Below, piece by piece: positions 21,994-32,295 of a stretch of 64,000 nt of DNA. Location: the IMG/VR virus record IMGVR_UViG_3300032265_003945, positions 1 to 64,000 of that record, one strand, 5' to 3'. A program made the translations under genes and the position numbers. Source of the DNA: a virus. The stretch's first letter is position 1; every line of letters starts with the position of its first letter. A model generated the notes under the pieces. It was given only the letters and a program-made list of their open reading frames with translations, searched no databases and was not told the origin of the DNA.

Positions 21994-24260
21994 CAGCTAT
22001 CTCCTGAAGAAATTTCTTCTCTAGATACGTCTCCGTCGTCTCTTCTAGGTTGACCATCCGAGGAGTCGCCTATTCCGACAGACGTAGTTCCAACTCCAGA
22101 AGATGCGTAAATGAATTGATACTCTATTTTTCTAACAGAAACGCTAGATTGTTTTGATAGATCGGCGGGAATATTAGTGTCAGATATTTTTTTATTATCA
22201 AATGATATTTCTAATTCTCCAACTCCAGCCGTCTTACTGCCTATTTCTGCGATAAAGTATCGACTTCCATCATAAGAGAAAGAGGTGATATCTCCAAAAG
22301 TTACGTGAGGAATTATTTTTTCAGCCAATGAAGATGCGGAAGCGCTCGGCAATGAGCCGCACAAAGAGGCTCCGGAGCTTTCTTTTAAATCCACCTTTAC
22401 TTGAATTTTCTTGCTTGTAAATTGAACGGAGGGATTTATCTCTATGGTAGACCTGTATTGATCGAAACCGATTGGTATAATCGAGTTTATTGTGCTTTCT
22501 GTTTCTTGTTGCAGTTGCTGCATACAAGCAATTGCGGTAGCTTGCAGTTGTTGAGCGCCACTTTCCGTCACATCGTTTCTAAAGGCATCGATAGCTGAAA
22601 ATACGCATTCCTGAGCTTTTGTAACATCCGGGAAAACAAGATTTTGTAATTGCGCAATCTTAGTATTAAAATCATTGCTAAATACGGCATTTGTAAAAGT
22701 TTTATCAATATTTACTTGAGGCATGCACCCATTAGTAATAAGATCTTTTGATAGCAATACAGAGTGATTTATTTTAAATGTATATTCAATATTGTTAATA
22801 ATGACTGTTGGAAAATCTGTAATTGATTGAAAAATTGTTTTTGGAGGATTTTTTATGAAAAGAAAATTCTCTATTGTGGCTTGTGCACTTACTTCTGTAG
22901 TATTATTGCTTGCATTAGTATCGTAACCGGTTACAACAGTAACTCCATCCTCTTCAAATCCCTTTCCTCCCGCCATTTTTAAGACTCCCGTTGGATTTAC
23001 TTTAAAGGAATTGTCGGGTTGAATTAAAAGAGATTCTGTTGGATTGGTTATAATGCAATCTTTAAATACTAGATGCCTTATCTTATTTGTCGAAGATACT
23101 GATCTTCCCCAATCTGATGGATTGTATAAAAACTTCATATCCACTAGATAGGGGGCTTGGTTCGGTGGGGTTGACGCAGTATAATTTGAATCTGTGGGGA
23201 AAAATACCGGTTTTGGAGGCTCAGGAATGTCCTTAGCATCAATCATATTAATGAATTGTTGATAAAGATAACTGTTCGGACCGGCGCTATAGCCTTCTGT
23301 AGTGTATTCTCCCGAAGGAGCGTGTGCAGAAGCTTGGTCATAGAATCTAAAACTGGACTCTCTGTCTATTTTTTGGGGCAAGGAGCCAATTAAAACAGAG
23401 TATAACGGGTCGTTTTGGTTTATTCCTGCAAGATTTGGAAGTGACTGAACTTGGCTAATGTACTGGAAGGACCCGGTAGTTCGAATAAAGTTAGAATATT
23501 TTATAAAATTAGGGCAAACATCGGCGGTACAGCAGTTTTGAAAATCGCTGCTGTCGCATGGCGGTATAGCAAATCCAAGCTGCAGAATATCTTTAAAAAT
23601 TTGAATCACTAAAGATATCATTAAAAACACAACGAAAACATTTTGAAATAAGCAGAGAATTATACCAATTTTTTTAGCAACTGCCAGTATTACTTCTTTG
23701 TCAGCTCTATCTATAGCCTTGAACAAAGTTCTAATATTTATAATTATTAACTTAACTAGTTGTACAATTAAAAGTATTACGTATTGTATAATTTGAATTA
23801 TTAATATTAATAAGGCAATGATCATTACAATCAATGCTAATAATGGAAATAATGCCAAGAATAAAGGAATACATTCTCTAAAAAGTCTTTGCACGGCGTT
23901 TGCCGTTTTTACCGGATTAGGTAATGCGCAAATTACTTCAATCACGCACAAGATCATTTTTAGCAGTGGTAGAAAAAATTTATACAACATCAAAAATGGC
24001 AAAAATTGATCTAATACTTTAATCACCCCGTCAATAATATCTTTTCCAAAATTAGGGTTTAATGGTGACTTTAGCTCTCCTACTGGCAGTAAAACTTTAA
24101 CCAATTCAAAAATGCCAGACAAATCTGGTGGTCCGAGAAGACCTTTAAAGTCAGGAATGGGCAGATTTGGGACGCCAGGAAGCCCAAAGCCAGGTATTGC
24201 TGGTCCGGATGGACCATCCGGTATATTTATATTAATGCTATTGGGATCGCAAGGACACAT
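21993..24260 (-). CDS. Baseplate-cluster protein with long hydrophobic helices and C-terminal Ig-like segment
   Basis: Extended hydrophobic runs at about aa 85-230, Cys clusters and a beta-rich C-terminus. Confidence 0.55.
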   Translation of the reverse strand: MCPCDPNSININIPDGPSGPAIPGFGLPGVPNLPIPDFKGLLGPPDLSGIFELVKVLLPVGELKSPLNPNFGKDIIDGVIKVLDQFLPFLMLYKFFLPLLKMILCVIEVICALPNPVKTANAVQRLFRECIPLFLALFPLLALIVMIIALLILIIQIIQYVILLIVQLVKLIIINIRTLFKAIDRADKEVILAVAKKIGIILCLFQNVFVVFLMISLVIQIFKDILQLGFAIPPCDSSDFQNCCTADVCPNFIKYSNFIRTTGSFQYISQVQSLPNLAGINQNDPLYSVLIGSLPQKIDRESSFRFYDQASAHAPSGEYTTEGYSAGPNSYLYQQFINMIDAKDIPEPPKPVFFPTDSNYTASTPPNQAPYLVDMKFLYNPSDWGRSVSSTNKIRHLVFKDCIITNPTESLLIQPDNSFKVNPTGVLKMAGGKGFEEDGVTVVTGYDTNASNNTTEVSAQATIENFLFIKNPPKTIFQSITDFPTVIINNIEYTFKINHSVLLSKDLITNGCMPQVNIDKTFTNAVFSNDFNTKIAQLQNLVFPDVTKAQECVFSAIDAFRNDVTESGAQQLQATAIACMQQLQQETESTINSIIPIGFDQYRSTIEINPSVQFTSKKIQVKVDLKESSGASLCGSLPSASASSLAEKIIPHVTFGDITSFSYDGSRYFIAEIGSKTAGVGELEISFDNKKISDTNIPADLSKQSSVSVRKIEYQFIYASSGVGTTSVGIGDSSDGQPRRDDGDVSREEISSGDS

Positions 24261-24270
24261 ACTTTATATA

Positions 24271-26358
24271 TTATATCGTTGGATTTAGGCTTTGCGCTAT
24301 TTTCTCGACTCGCCTTCCTTCAATTTCAACTATTTCTCCGGAAATAGAAACCTTTGAATTAGATCTTATATCGATTTCCCCATTAGACTCAATAAATATT
24401 TTGGTTGGAGATATTAGGGATATCCCTGTTTTATCTATTCTAATAACAGTAGCATTGTTTCCTTCCGTTATAACCCGAATATCAATGGCTCCAGAAGTGT
24501 ACGCATTGTTTATCCCTTTGCTATCAAACCTACTATCTTGGCTTTCATTAATGCCGAATCCACCTACTTGCAATAGAAGTTGACCATCCATCCCAATAGC
24601 TGCACTAATATTATTTTTATCTTTACCTATATTAGCTATCATTCCTCCGGCAGTATCAAGCCAAATTGACTGTCTATCTATCGTATTTGCTCCGACATTA
24701 AGCTCGATGGAGCCATCTAAATTAATAGATCCGCTACGACCTCCGGCATTTTTACCAACAATTATAGATTCGCTGACGATCGGATGGGTGATGACTTGAT
24801 TTGGAAAAATAAGTGTTTCTGGTGGATTATAAAGATAATTTGTAAGGTCGGGAAGTTGATGAGAAATACAAGTGGCAGTAATATCGTGATAAGCTGTTCC
24901 ATGAGCAAGATGAGAGACATTATTTCCATCAGTAATCTTTTTAGAGATTCTATCAATGGGCGAAACTTCTGCACCATCCTTATCTTTAATAGAAATTAAT
25001 CCACGATTATATCCACCTTTGCTTTTTATTTGGTCTTTTTTACTTTCATACTTTAAATTAAAATTAACCATTCCTGCCGCAAATGAATCATGCAAAACAT
25101 CAACCGCATCACTGGGAAATAGTAATTCATTTGGATTAATAGACGGATCATTTGCTGCGGCAACCGTATTATAATTCTCATATCGAGTTAATAGGGGCAC
25201 ATTTCCCGACTCCGAAGAAGCGGGAATATTTATTTTGAACTGACCCTCTTTATCTACGTCAACGAAAAATCTACTTCTACTGCGAGCATAGTCCGACGTA
25301 TCGTTTACGTCGGGAGGATTATTGAGTTTTCCAAGATCTTTTTTAGCATTTATTTCAAAATGAAAAGCTATTCCTCGTCTTTGATTTTCCCTGATTTTAA
25401 AATAATTATCTGCTTGAGAAGATTGAAGATCTCCATTAAGTTTATTTTTAATTGGGAATCTATTTAAATCTAAAAGATTTCCATAAATATCTACTACGGT
25501 ACCTTTTACTGACTCCATTAAATAATTGGGTGAAGTTAACCCTAAACTCAGAGTATCTGCCCTACTCGCCCGCCTATCTTTTTTAAGCGTTGGCAAGGTC
25601 GAAGATTTGCTGGCTTTTTCTGAGGACGAGAGATAATTTTCGGATTCAGATTTTAAATCTAAAACATTAGAAGAGTAGGAAAACTCATAAACAATTTCTC
25701 TATTTTCTGTAAAATTGGGGCTTTTTAATGAAACAAACTCATTTAATTCTGTAGAATTAAAATCATCGAAAGAAAATAAAGATATTGACGGTATGTTTCT
25801 ATAAAAATCTTCTTTAATTAGTTTTAAACTGTCTGGATAATTGGTTTCACCAATTTCTCTTCTTATTTCCCCATCAATTTTTCTAGAAGATTGAGAAAAA
25901 TTAAAATGATAATTGTAATTATTATTAGAACTATCGTACCAATTATCAGATGCGTATTCTCCATTATAAAGAAGTAATCTTTTATTTTCTGATTTTCCTA
26001 AAATAATATCATTTTGTCTTAATAAAATATTATTTTCCGGATTACTTCTTAGTAGTAACTGCCCTGGGACTAAATTTTGCGGCAAAATACCATGATTCGT
26101 GGCGTAATATTTAATAGGGACATATTGACTGCTTTGTCCTTGCAGAATGAGGGCTGGTGTATTTGGCGGCGGTTTGGCGCCAATAAGCACGCCATTATTA
26201 TCTGAATATGTATAATAAAAATCGTATTGAGAATTCTTTTTTCCGCCCAAGGAAATACTTAACGGAATTCTATTACTAGAATCGTCTACGGTTCCGGTGA
26301 CCTTCCCGGTAATAATTAATCCAGGAGGTGGGGTAAATTTTAAACTACTAGCGTTCAT
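24271..26358 (-). CDS. Putative baseplate central spike (gp5/gpV-like)
   Basis: OB-fold-like N-terminus and C-terminal beta-helix-type repeats (IRIDKTGISLISPTKIFIESNGEIDIRSNSKVSISG). It lies after the hub gene. Confidence 0.6.
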   Translation of the reverse strand: MNASSLKFTPPPGLIITGKVTGTVDDSSNRIPLSISLGGKKNSQYDFYYTYSDNNGVLIGAKPPPNTPALILQGQSSQYVPIKYYATNHGILPQNLVPGQLLLRSNPENNILLRQNDIILGKSENKRLLLYNGEYASDNWYDSSNNNYNYHFNFSQSSRKIDGEIRREIGETNYPDSLKLIKEDFYRNIPSISLFSFDDFNSTELNEFVSLKSPNFTENREIVYEFSYSSNVLDLKSESENYLSSSEKASKSSTLPTLKKDRRASRADTLSLGLTSPNYLMESVKGTVVDIYGNLLDLNRFPIKNKLNGDLQSSQADNYFKIRENQRRGIAFHFEINAKKDLGKLNNPPDVNDTSDYARSRSRFFVDVDKEGQFKINIPASSESGNVPLLTRYENYNTVAAANDPSINPNELLFPSDAVDVLHDSFAAGMVNFNLKYESKKDQIKSKGGYNRGLISIKDKDGAEVSPIDRISKKITDGNNVSHLAHGTAYHDITATCISHQLPDLTNYLYNPPETLIFPNQVITHPIVSESIIVGKNAGGRSGSINLDGSIELNVGANTIDRQSIWLDTAGGMIANIGKDKNNISAAIGMDGQLLLQVGGFGINESQDSRFDSKGINNAYTSGAIDIRVITEGNNATVIRIDKTGISLISPTKIFIESNGEIDIRSNSKVSISGEIVEIEGRRVEKIAQSLNPTI

Positions 26359-26359
26359 T

Positions 26360-29300
26360 TTATTTTCTAAGGACGGGTTTAATAAAGCAATCTATTATAT
26401 ATCCAACTAAGTATTTCTTTTTCTTATACACAATTTCTACGGGAGTTTTAGAGATTGCGTTGGGGTCTGCCGCTGGCGTAATGCTGGAAGTATCTTTTTT
26501 TGCAAGCTGATCGGCTGCATTAAAAGCAAATCTAGATGGGCTGGACCTTCTGCTTGAACTTGATAAATCTACAGCTGGGGCGACAGTGACCGTTGCCCTA
26601 GATCTATTTCTAAAATTAAGTAACGAAGGATCCTCGTCATTAAAAGTTGAAGTTCCGTCAAAAATTGATTTAATATAATTGGCGAAATTTTTTGTGATAT
26701 CTGACTTTTTAAAAGCCTTATCTTCATAAATTACTAATCTTAATTCTAAGTCAAAATTTGGATCATTATTTGAATTTATAGCTTTATCAAAAGCAGAAGA
26801 TATTTGTTTTAAAATATTAGAATTAGTATTGCCAATAGGAGTTTTTTCAGATAATAATTTTTGATTTATTTCTTCGGTTGTTCCTTTTTGTAAAATTATT
26901 TGAGGATCTAGGACGAAACAACCTACCGCAGTACCGTCGACAACGTTCAAATTTTTTCTATTATCTATGGTGACATTGTCTCTGTTATTGTAAAGCATTT
27001 TTCCGGCTATATCTAAATTAGTTGGAATATATTCTCCAGGATAATGTCCGTAAGAAAGATCTAGAGTGGTTGCGAACTCTCCTCCCATACTAATAGTATG
27101 TCTTACTGATTCTACATAGAATAACATTCCTTTTTGCTCTAAATACACAACTTCTCCTGGTTGGGAGAACTCATTGCCAATAACGGTAACCGATCCTTTA
27201 ATTATATTTTTTCTTTGCCTTGATAACAAGGCGGCTGCAAATGGTCCAGTTTGCGACTGTGGATTGGTTAAGAATGGCATATCTACTTCGGATGCCTCTT
27301 TGAGACCATACATTTTCCATAAATCATAATCAATTGCATCTGAAGAGATAAGCGCATTACCTCCGTTAGGGAGAAAATCAAATCCAGGTCCGCCAGATTG
27401 AGTTGCAGATTTGGGTAAATTTTTATCTAGCCGACCAGTTACTCTTACAGAGGTATATTCTGGCCCATTAGAATCTATATTATAATTAATAATTTGAGAA
27501 TTTTTAATAATATATCTGGAACCTGACCCAGGACCGTAATCATCATATGACTCATCTTCAATCAGGTATTCAAATGCTTCTGGAAATGTTTGGCTGGAAG
27601 TAGTCGAGGAAGGAAATAGTAACTGAGTTGTTGTTTCCGAATTATTTAAAGAATTTAGCTCTGATGCATTTTTAATTACTGAATATAATGACTTAATCGC
27701 TTTTTGTCTTTCAAAGATTTTTTTAGCCATTTCATTTGTTATTTTAAAAGAATCTACCTGGTAAAATTTTGGAAAAACTACCTCCCCAATAACACTTCCA
27801 GATTCTTCAGAAGACCCTCCATAAGAATTAGAATAAATATAATCTTGTGGCTTAATTCTTACTCCTATTTTTTTGTACACTCTATCAATTAAATAATTAA
27901 TTAGCTTATCCTTACTTTCGTCTTCCTGCGTAGACAGTAATTGTTGTTGAAGCAATTGAGAATTAAGAACAGTATTTCTAAAATTATTTAATCTACCACC
28001 TAAATCAAAAGTGCTTTTAATATTTAATTGAGGTTTTAAAATTCCATTTAAATTTTTTGTTTTTTCAAAATTATCATCTCTTTCTGTCCTGTCTGAGTTA
28101 ATGTTCCCATTAGAATCTAGAAAGGAGTACAACTCAGCGAATCCCTTTATTTCTCCATTGTATGGATCGGATAATAAATTAAAATTTGCTTTGCCTGCCG
28201 AATTTGGAGAGGCTAACGGAGATCCCAAATCATTAGATGTAGATGATTTAATAAAATTAATAACGGGAGTGTCGTCGGTACGATTATTTTTTTGACCAGA
28301 AATAGCTGCAAATATTCTTAGCTCATCTTCAATAGCTGTAATTTTATTATAAAGAGATTGTATTTGATTAAAGAATAGGTTATTTAGAAATTGAGGAAAT
28401 ATTTGAATATTGCTTTTGCTGTTTTTATTTTGAAGCATTTTGTAAAAAACAGACTTGGGCATTCTATTATATTGCGGAGTTCTAACTCTTAGATGTCCCT
28501 GAGTATCTGCAAAAAATTCTAAATCTAGTACCTTTGCGGCAGATTTTATTTTTTCTAATACGGTACTATATCTGTTATTATAGAGATCTATTTTTTGCCC
28601 AGCGATATCCGCTTCAAAGGCTGATAAATCATAGCTTTTATCATAGGAATCATCAACTATAAAATAATTAACATCTTGATTAGACCGAACAGCCCAAGAT
28701 AGTCTTCTTGTTAAGAAATTTATTTTTCTTCTTAGCGCCCGTCGATTATTAGGATCTTCATAATTAATTCCCTTGCTAAGATAATAATTATAATCAGTAG
28801 AAATATCATTTCCAATAATAGTAAAATTATCAGTTTTTAAAAAATTAGTAAAGGACTGCTCTTGATCTTGCAAAATATTTTGAGATTTTGATATTTTTTC
28901 TTTATTTTGCTCCATTATTGCGGAAGGATTAATAGTTGAATCATTGTTCAAGGATGCAACAATGATAGAAAATTGAAGCTCCTGTAAGGATTTGTAATTT
29001 TCTTGAAGCGTTACCTGGGCTTTAATTAAATCTTGCGTTCTCAAAGAAATCATTTCCGTATAAGATTTCTCATCAATAGATAAATTTTTAAAAGGAACAA
29101 AGTTTCCCCAAAGAGAATTATTTTTTTGTATATTTGAAGATAATTGAGATAATCTAGATGCTACCAAACGAGAATTGTCTTTGTTTAAATTTAGTCCGCC
29201 CGTATCAATTCCCGCCTTAAAATAATTAGGATAATTATAAGGAGTTCCAGTAACCAGCAAAGAAATTGTGTTCATGACGTCTTGGTTGGCTAACACTTCG

Positions 29301-31363
29301 GTGGTAGAGCTTTGTTGCCCATAATGCTCTTCAGTAAAAATTTCATCGGAGGAGCCGCCTAAGCTTAAGATTCCAATTCCTTCTTTCCATTTATATAAAA
29401 GACCATCTGGAGCAAAAATTATTTTTTTACCTCGCAAAGTATAATCTGCTTTGCCATATTGAATTTCAGAGTGCAATGATTGTAATGAGGGCGCCCTCCC
29501 TGCATTATTTCCGGCAGAAAATCTTATTAAACCAGAATTAATGAGAGCTTGATTTTCATCTAACAATTCTAAATTTTGATTTAAAGAATAGGTCTGATCA
29601 AATCCAGTCTTGTACGGAGTTAGTGGATCGTAAAGCATTCCAGCTGCCGTGGTATCTACTCCGGGATTAAAGTTTACTCGTCCTTGTTCTAAATAATAAG
29701 TATTATCTCTAGCGGTTATATCGACACCAAAGACACCTCCACTATACGAACTTCCTACGGACGTCACTACGCCTGCAAATACGTGAGCCCCTTCTTTTTC
29801 ACTAGTAAATTGGGACCTTAACATATTCCAGAGATAATTAGGAATATCCGTATTTCCTAAAAATATAGACTTTTCTGTTTGCAAATCTAAATTATTAGAG
29901 GGTAGAAAAAAGTTATTGTAAGAATTTTTAATATCATAAATAGTATTAGAAAAATTAGTAAACAATCCAAATCCATTAAAAGCATTTTGAATTCCGGACA
30001 TAACTTTTCCGTCAAATTTTGTTTTGCTGGACATAAAAATATTTACAGTATCCATTGGTTGGATTATATTTTTTCCAGAAAAATAAAATGTTAATTTTCT
30101 TCTGACATTATTTATTATCTCAGAAGCTCCATTCACAAAATCATAATTTCTAATTGTGGCTTTATCTAATTTTATTTTAGTATAAATTGCGTTAATGGTG
30201 TCAGAAAATAAATTTAGCTCGTTTGTAGCATCTGCTAGAACATTAGAATCAGCGGATATTTTGTGACGACTTCTTAGAGGCGATAGTCCTTGCTCTCCTA
30301 GAACGGCTCCCCCTAAGAGATATGGATCCGCTACTTTTACTTGGCTAAGATTAAGATTACTTGGTTCAAAAATTATTTCTTGCCCGGTCACATCTACAAT
30401 TGCAATTACTCTTCTGCCATAAACCGTATCGGGATTAATTTTAAAAGATATTTCTGAAGCGCCACGAGATCTTCTTGTTTGATTTAGTTGACCTATCTTT
30501 TTTTCAACTAAATCTTCGGCAGTTTCTTTGCCTAAAGAAATAGAAGAGCTGAACCCTTTTTTACTTTCAAAAGCGTTATTGACGTTAATTGTATCGCTAA
30601 TGGCGTATTCGATATCCATTGGCGTGACGGTCATTATTTCATATGGATCATCAATTCCAATGGAGCACATTCCTCCAGAAGAAAGAGAGCAGCTACAGGA
30701 TACGTTGGTAAAATTAGTTAACTCAATTACTCCGGTGCCTCGCCCATATCTTAAAGAGTATGGAGTGACAATATCTTCAATCCATTGAGTGTAAAAATTA
30801 GGAGCGGAGTAATTGAAAATAGATTTTATTTTTCTAACTGTTTGACTAAATTCTCCAGGCTCTCCACTGATAGTGGTAGATGAAATAAAGTCAGACAATC
30901 CTATAATAAAAGGCAATACTTGTTCATCTATTTCGCCTACTTTTTGTGAAGCCAATTGTATTTTGCATAATTTTTCATATGCGGATATCTGCTTGCATTT
31001 ATTTAAAAATAAATTATCCATTGCCAAGAAAACTAACTTCTCTTCTTCATTCATAAATTCTGGAACGAAGTTTCCAGCTAAAGAAGAATACATTTTCTTT
31101 TTTATTAAAACAGTTACATTGGGCTCCTGCATACTTATTTCCATCATTTTAGCAGAAGCTGTTCCGTAATTATTTTGAAGATATCCTTCTTCAAGATAAT
31201 TTCTTTGAGCAGATTGATCTATATTTTTGGCAAAATCTCCTAATTTAGCGAAATTATTTTGCTGACCATCTAATTTACCACTTAAAGTTCTTTGATCTTC
31301 TGGAAGTTCTCCTCCTAAAAATTGGTCAGCTAATTGATTTCCTAAATCACTTAAAAATCCCAT
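26360..31363 (-). CDS. Putative baseplate hub protein (gp27/gpD-like) with large insertions
   Basis: VFAGVVTSV, LEFFADTQGHLRVR and GSVTVIGN..PGEVVY..FYVESVRHTI..FATTLDL are typical hub segments. Confidence 0.7.
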   Translation of the reverse strand: MGFLSDLGNQLADQFLGGELPEDQRTLSGKLDGQQNNFAKLGDFAKNIDQSAQRNYLEEGYLQNNYGTASAKMMEISMQEPNVTVLIKKKMYSSLAGNFVPEFMNEEEKLVFLAMDNLFLNKCKQISAYEKLCKIQLASQKVGEIDEQVLPFIIGLSDFISSTTISGEPGEFSQTVRKIKSIFNYSAPNFYTQWIEDIVTPYSLRYGRGTGVIELTNFTNVSCSCSLSSGGMCSIGIDDPYEIMTVTPMDIEYAISDTINVNNAFESKKGFSSSISLGKETAEDLVEKKIGQLNQTRRSRGASEISFKINPDTVYGRRVIAIVDVTGQEIIFEPSNLNLSQVKVADPYLLGGAVLGEQGLSPLRSRHKISADSNVLADATNELNLFSDTINAIYTKIKLDKATIRNYDFVNGASEIINNVRRKLTFYFSGKNIIQPMDTVNIFMSSKTKFDGKVMSGIQNAFNGFGLFTNFSNTIYDIKNSYNNFFLPSNNLDLQTEKSIFLGNTDIPNYLWNMLRSQFTSEKEGAHVFAGVVTSVGSSYSGGVFGVDITARDNTYYLEQGRVNFNPGVDTTAAGMLYDPLTPYKTGFDQTYSLNQNLELLDENQALINSGLIRFSAGNNAGRAPSLQSLHSEIQYGKADYTLRGKKIIFAPDGLLYKWKEGIGILSLGGSSDEIFTEEHYGQQSSTTEVLANQDVMNTISLLVTGTPYNYPNYFKAGIDTGGLNLNKDNSRLVASRLSQLSSNIQKNNSLWGNFVPFKNLSIDEKSYTEMISLRTQDLIKAQVTLQENYKSLQELQFSIIVASLNNDSTINPSAIMEQNKEKISKSQNILQDQEQSFTNFLKTDNFTIIGNDISTDYNYYLSKGINYEDPNNRRALRRKINFLTRRLSWAVRSNQDVNYFIVDDSYDKSYDLSAFEADIAGQKIDLYNNRYSTVLEKIKSAAKVLDLEFFADTQGHLRVRTPQYNRMPKSVFYKMLQNKNSKSNIQIFPQFLNNLFFNQIQSLYNKITAIEDELRIFAAISGQKNNRTDDTPVINFIKSSTSNDLGSPLASPNSAGKANFNLLSDPYNGEIKGFAELYSFLDSNGNINSDRTERDDNFEKTKNLNGILKPQLNIKSTFDLGGRLNNFRNTVLNSQLLQQQLLSTQEDESKDKLINYLIDRVYKKIGVRIKPQDYIYSNSYGGSSEESGSVIGEVVFPKFYQVDSFKITNEMAKKIFERQKAIKSLYSVIKNASELNSLNNSETTTQLLFPSSTTSSQTFPEAFEYLIEDESYDDYGPGSGSRYIIKNSQIINYNIDSNGPEYTSVRVTGRLDKNLPKSATQSGGPGFDFLPNGGNALISSDAIDYDLWKMYGLKEASEVDMPFLTNPQSQTGPFAAALLSRQRKNIIKGSVTVIGNEFSQPGEVVYLEQKGMLFYVESVRHTISMGGEFATTLDLSYGHYPGEYIPTNLDIAGKMLYNNRDNVTIDNRKNLNVVDGTAVGCFVLDPQIILQKGTTEEINQKLLSEKTPIGNTNSNILKQISSAFDKAINSNNDPNFDLELRLVIYEDKAFKKSDITKNFANYIKSIFDGTSTFNDEDPSLLNFRNRSRATVTVAPAVDLSSSSRRSSPSRFAFNAADQLAKKDTSSITPAADPNAISKTPVEIVYKKKKYLVGYIIDCFIKPVLRK

Positions 31364-31365
31364 AA

Positions 31366-32283
31366 TTACCTTGTATTAATTTTTTTATTAAAAGAATATT
31401 GGGAAGAGGTTGCTGTCCCAGTTGATTGATTATAATCTGAACCAAGATTACCAGAAGCTGGGTTAAAATCTTGATCAAAATGACTTCCGAGATTTCCACC
31501 TCCTCCAATTGGTGTTTTATGCCATGGTAAGAAATTAGTTCTATACCCTCTTCTTTGAGTGGCTGTAAATGATATATCATAGGAAAACAATAAATCAGTA
31601 GTTTCTCGAACAGTAATACTATTAAAGTAGCCTCTGAATACCCAGCCCATGTAATACATCTCCACAGTTAATGCATGATTGGCTAAGGTAGGTAAATTTC
31701 GAGGAGATAATGCATTAGATGCAGGAGAAAGAAGCGCCGAAGTAATTCCACCAGTAATGGCTCCAAAGCCGCCTCCAATGCCGTCACTTATTTTTCCTCC
31801 AATATAATTTGCGCCTTTACCAACAATGTTGTTTGCTAAATTTTCTGCGGCATTATTACTGGATAAAGTTAGTCCTACAGCATCGAAGGCGTATTGTTCG
31901 GAACGATAAACTTCATACAATGCGTTTATTCCTTCTACGCCTGAGCTGCCAGTGGTTCCAGCAAGAGCTATTGTAGTAAGCTCCTCTCCCCAATACTGAA
32001 TATTATATCCGCCTTTGGTTCTTCGATTTTGAATTGCTTTTCTAAAAGAATAAGATATATTTTCCGGATTAACATACATTCTAACGACGCCCATATCCGG
32101 AACAAACCAATTAATTAAATGTCTTTTACTGTTCTGAGCCGCAGTGACGCCATAAGGAACTTTGGTGAATGGCAATCCTACATCTGAGCCAGGCGCATTG
32201 GGGGCACTGAACCCTTGCTCTTTTACATTGCTCAGATTGTTGATAGAATCATTAAGATCAGTAATATCTTTGATGGTCACCAT
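31366..32283 (-). CDS. Tail tube initiator / baseplate tube-like protein
   Basis: MYVNPENISYS..TKGG..QYWGEEL..GTTG and FRGYFNSITVRE..FSYDISF. It follows the tape measure gene. Confidence 0.7.
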   Translation of the reverse strand: MVTIKDITDLNDSINNLSNVKEQGFSAPNAPGSDVGLPFTKVPYGVTAAQNSKRHLINWFVPDMGVVRMYVNPENISYSFRKAIQNRRTKGGYNIQYWGEELTTIALAGTTGSSGVEGINALYEVYRSEQYAFDAVGLTLSSNNAAENLANNIVGKGANYIGGKISDGIGGGFGAITGGITSALLSPASNALSPRNLPTLANHALTVEMYYMGWVFRGYFNSITVRETTDLLFSYDISFTATQRRGYRTNFLPWHKTPIGGGGNLGSHFDQDFNPASGNLGSDYNQSTGTATSSQYSFNKKINTR

Positions 32284-32295
32284 ATATTTTTCCTA

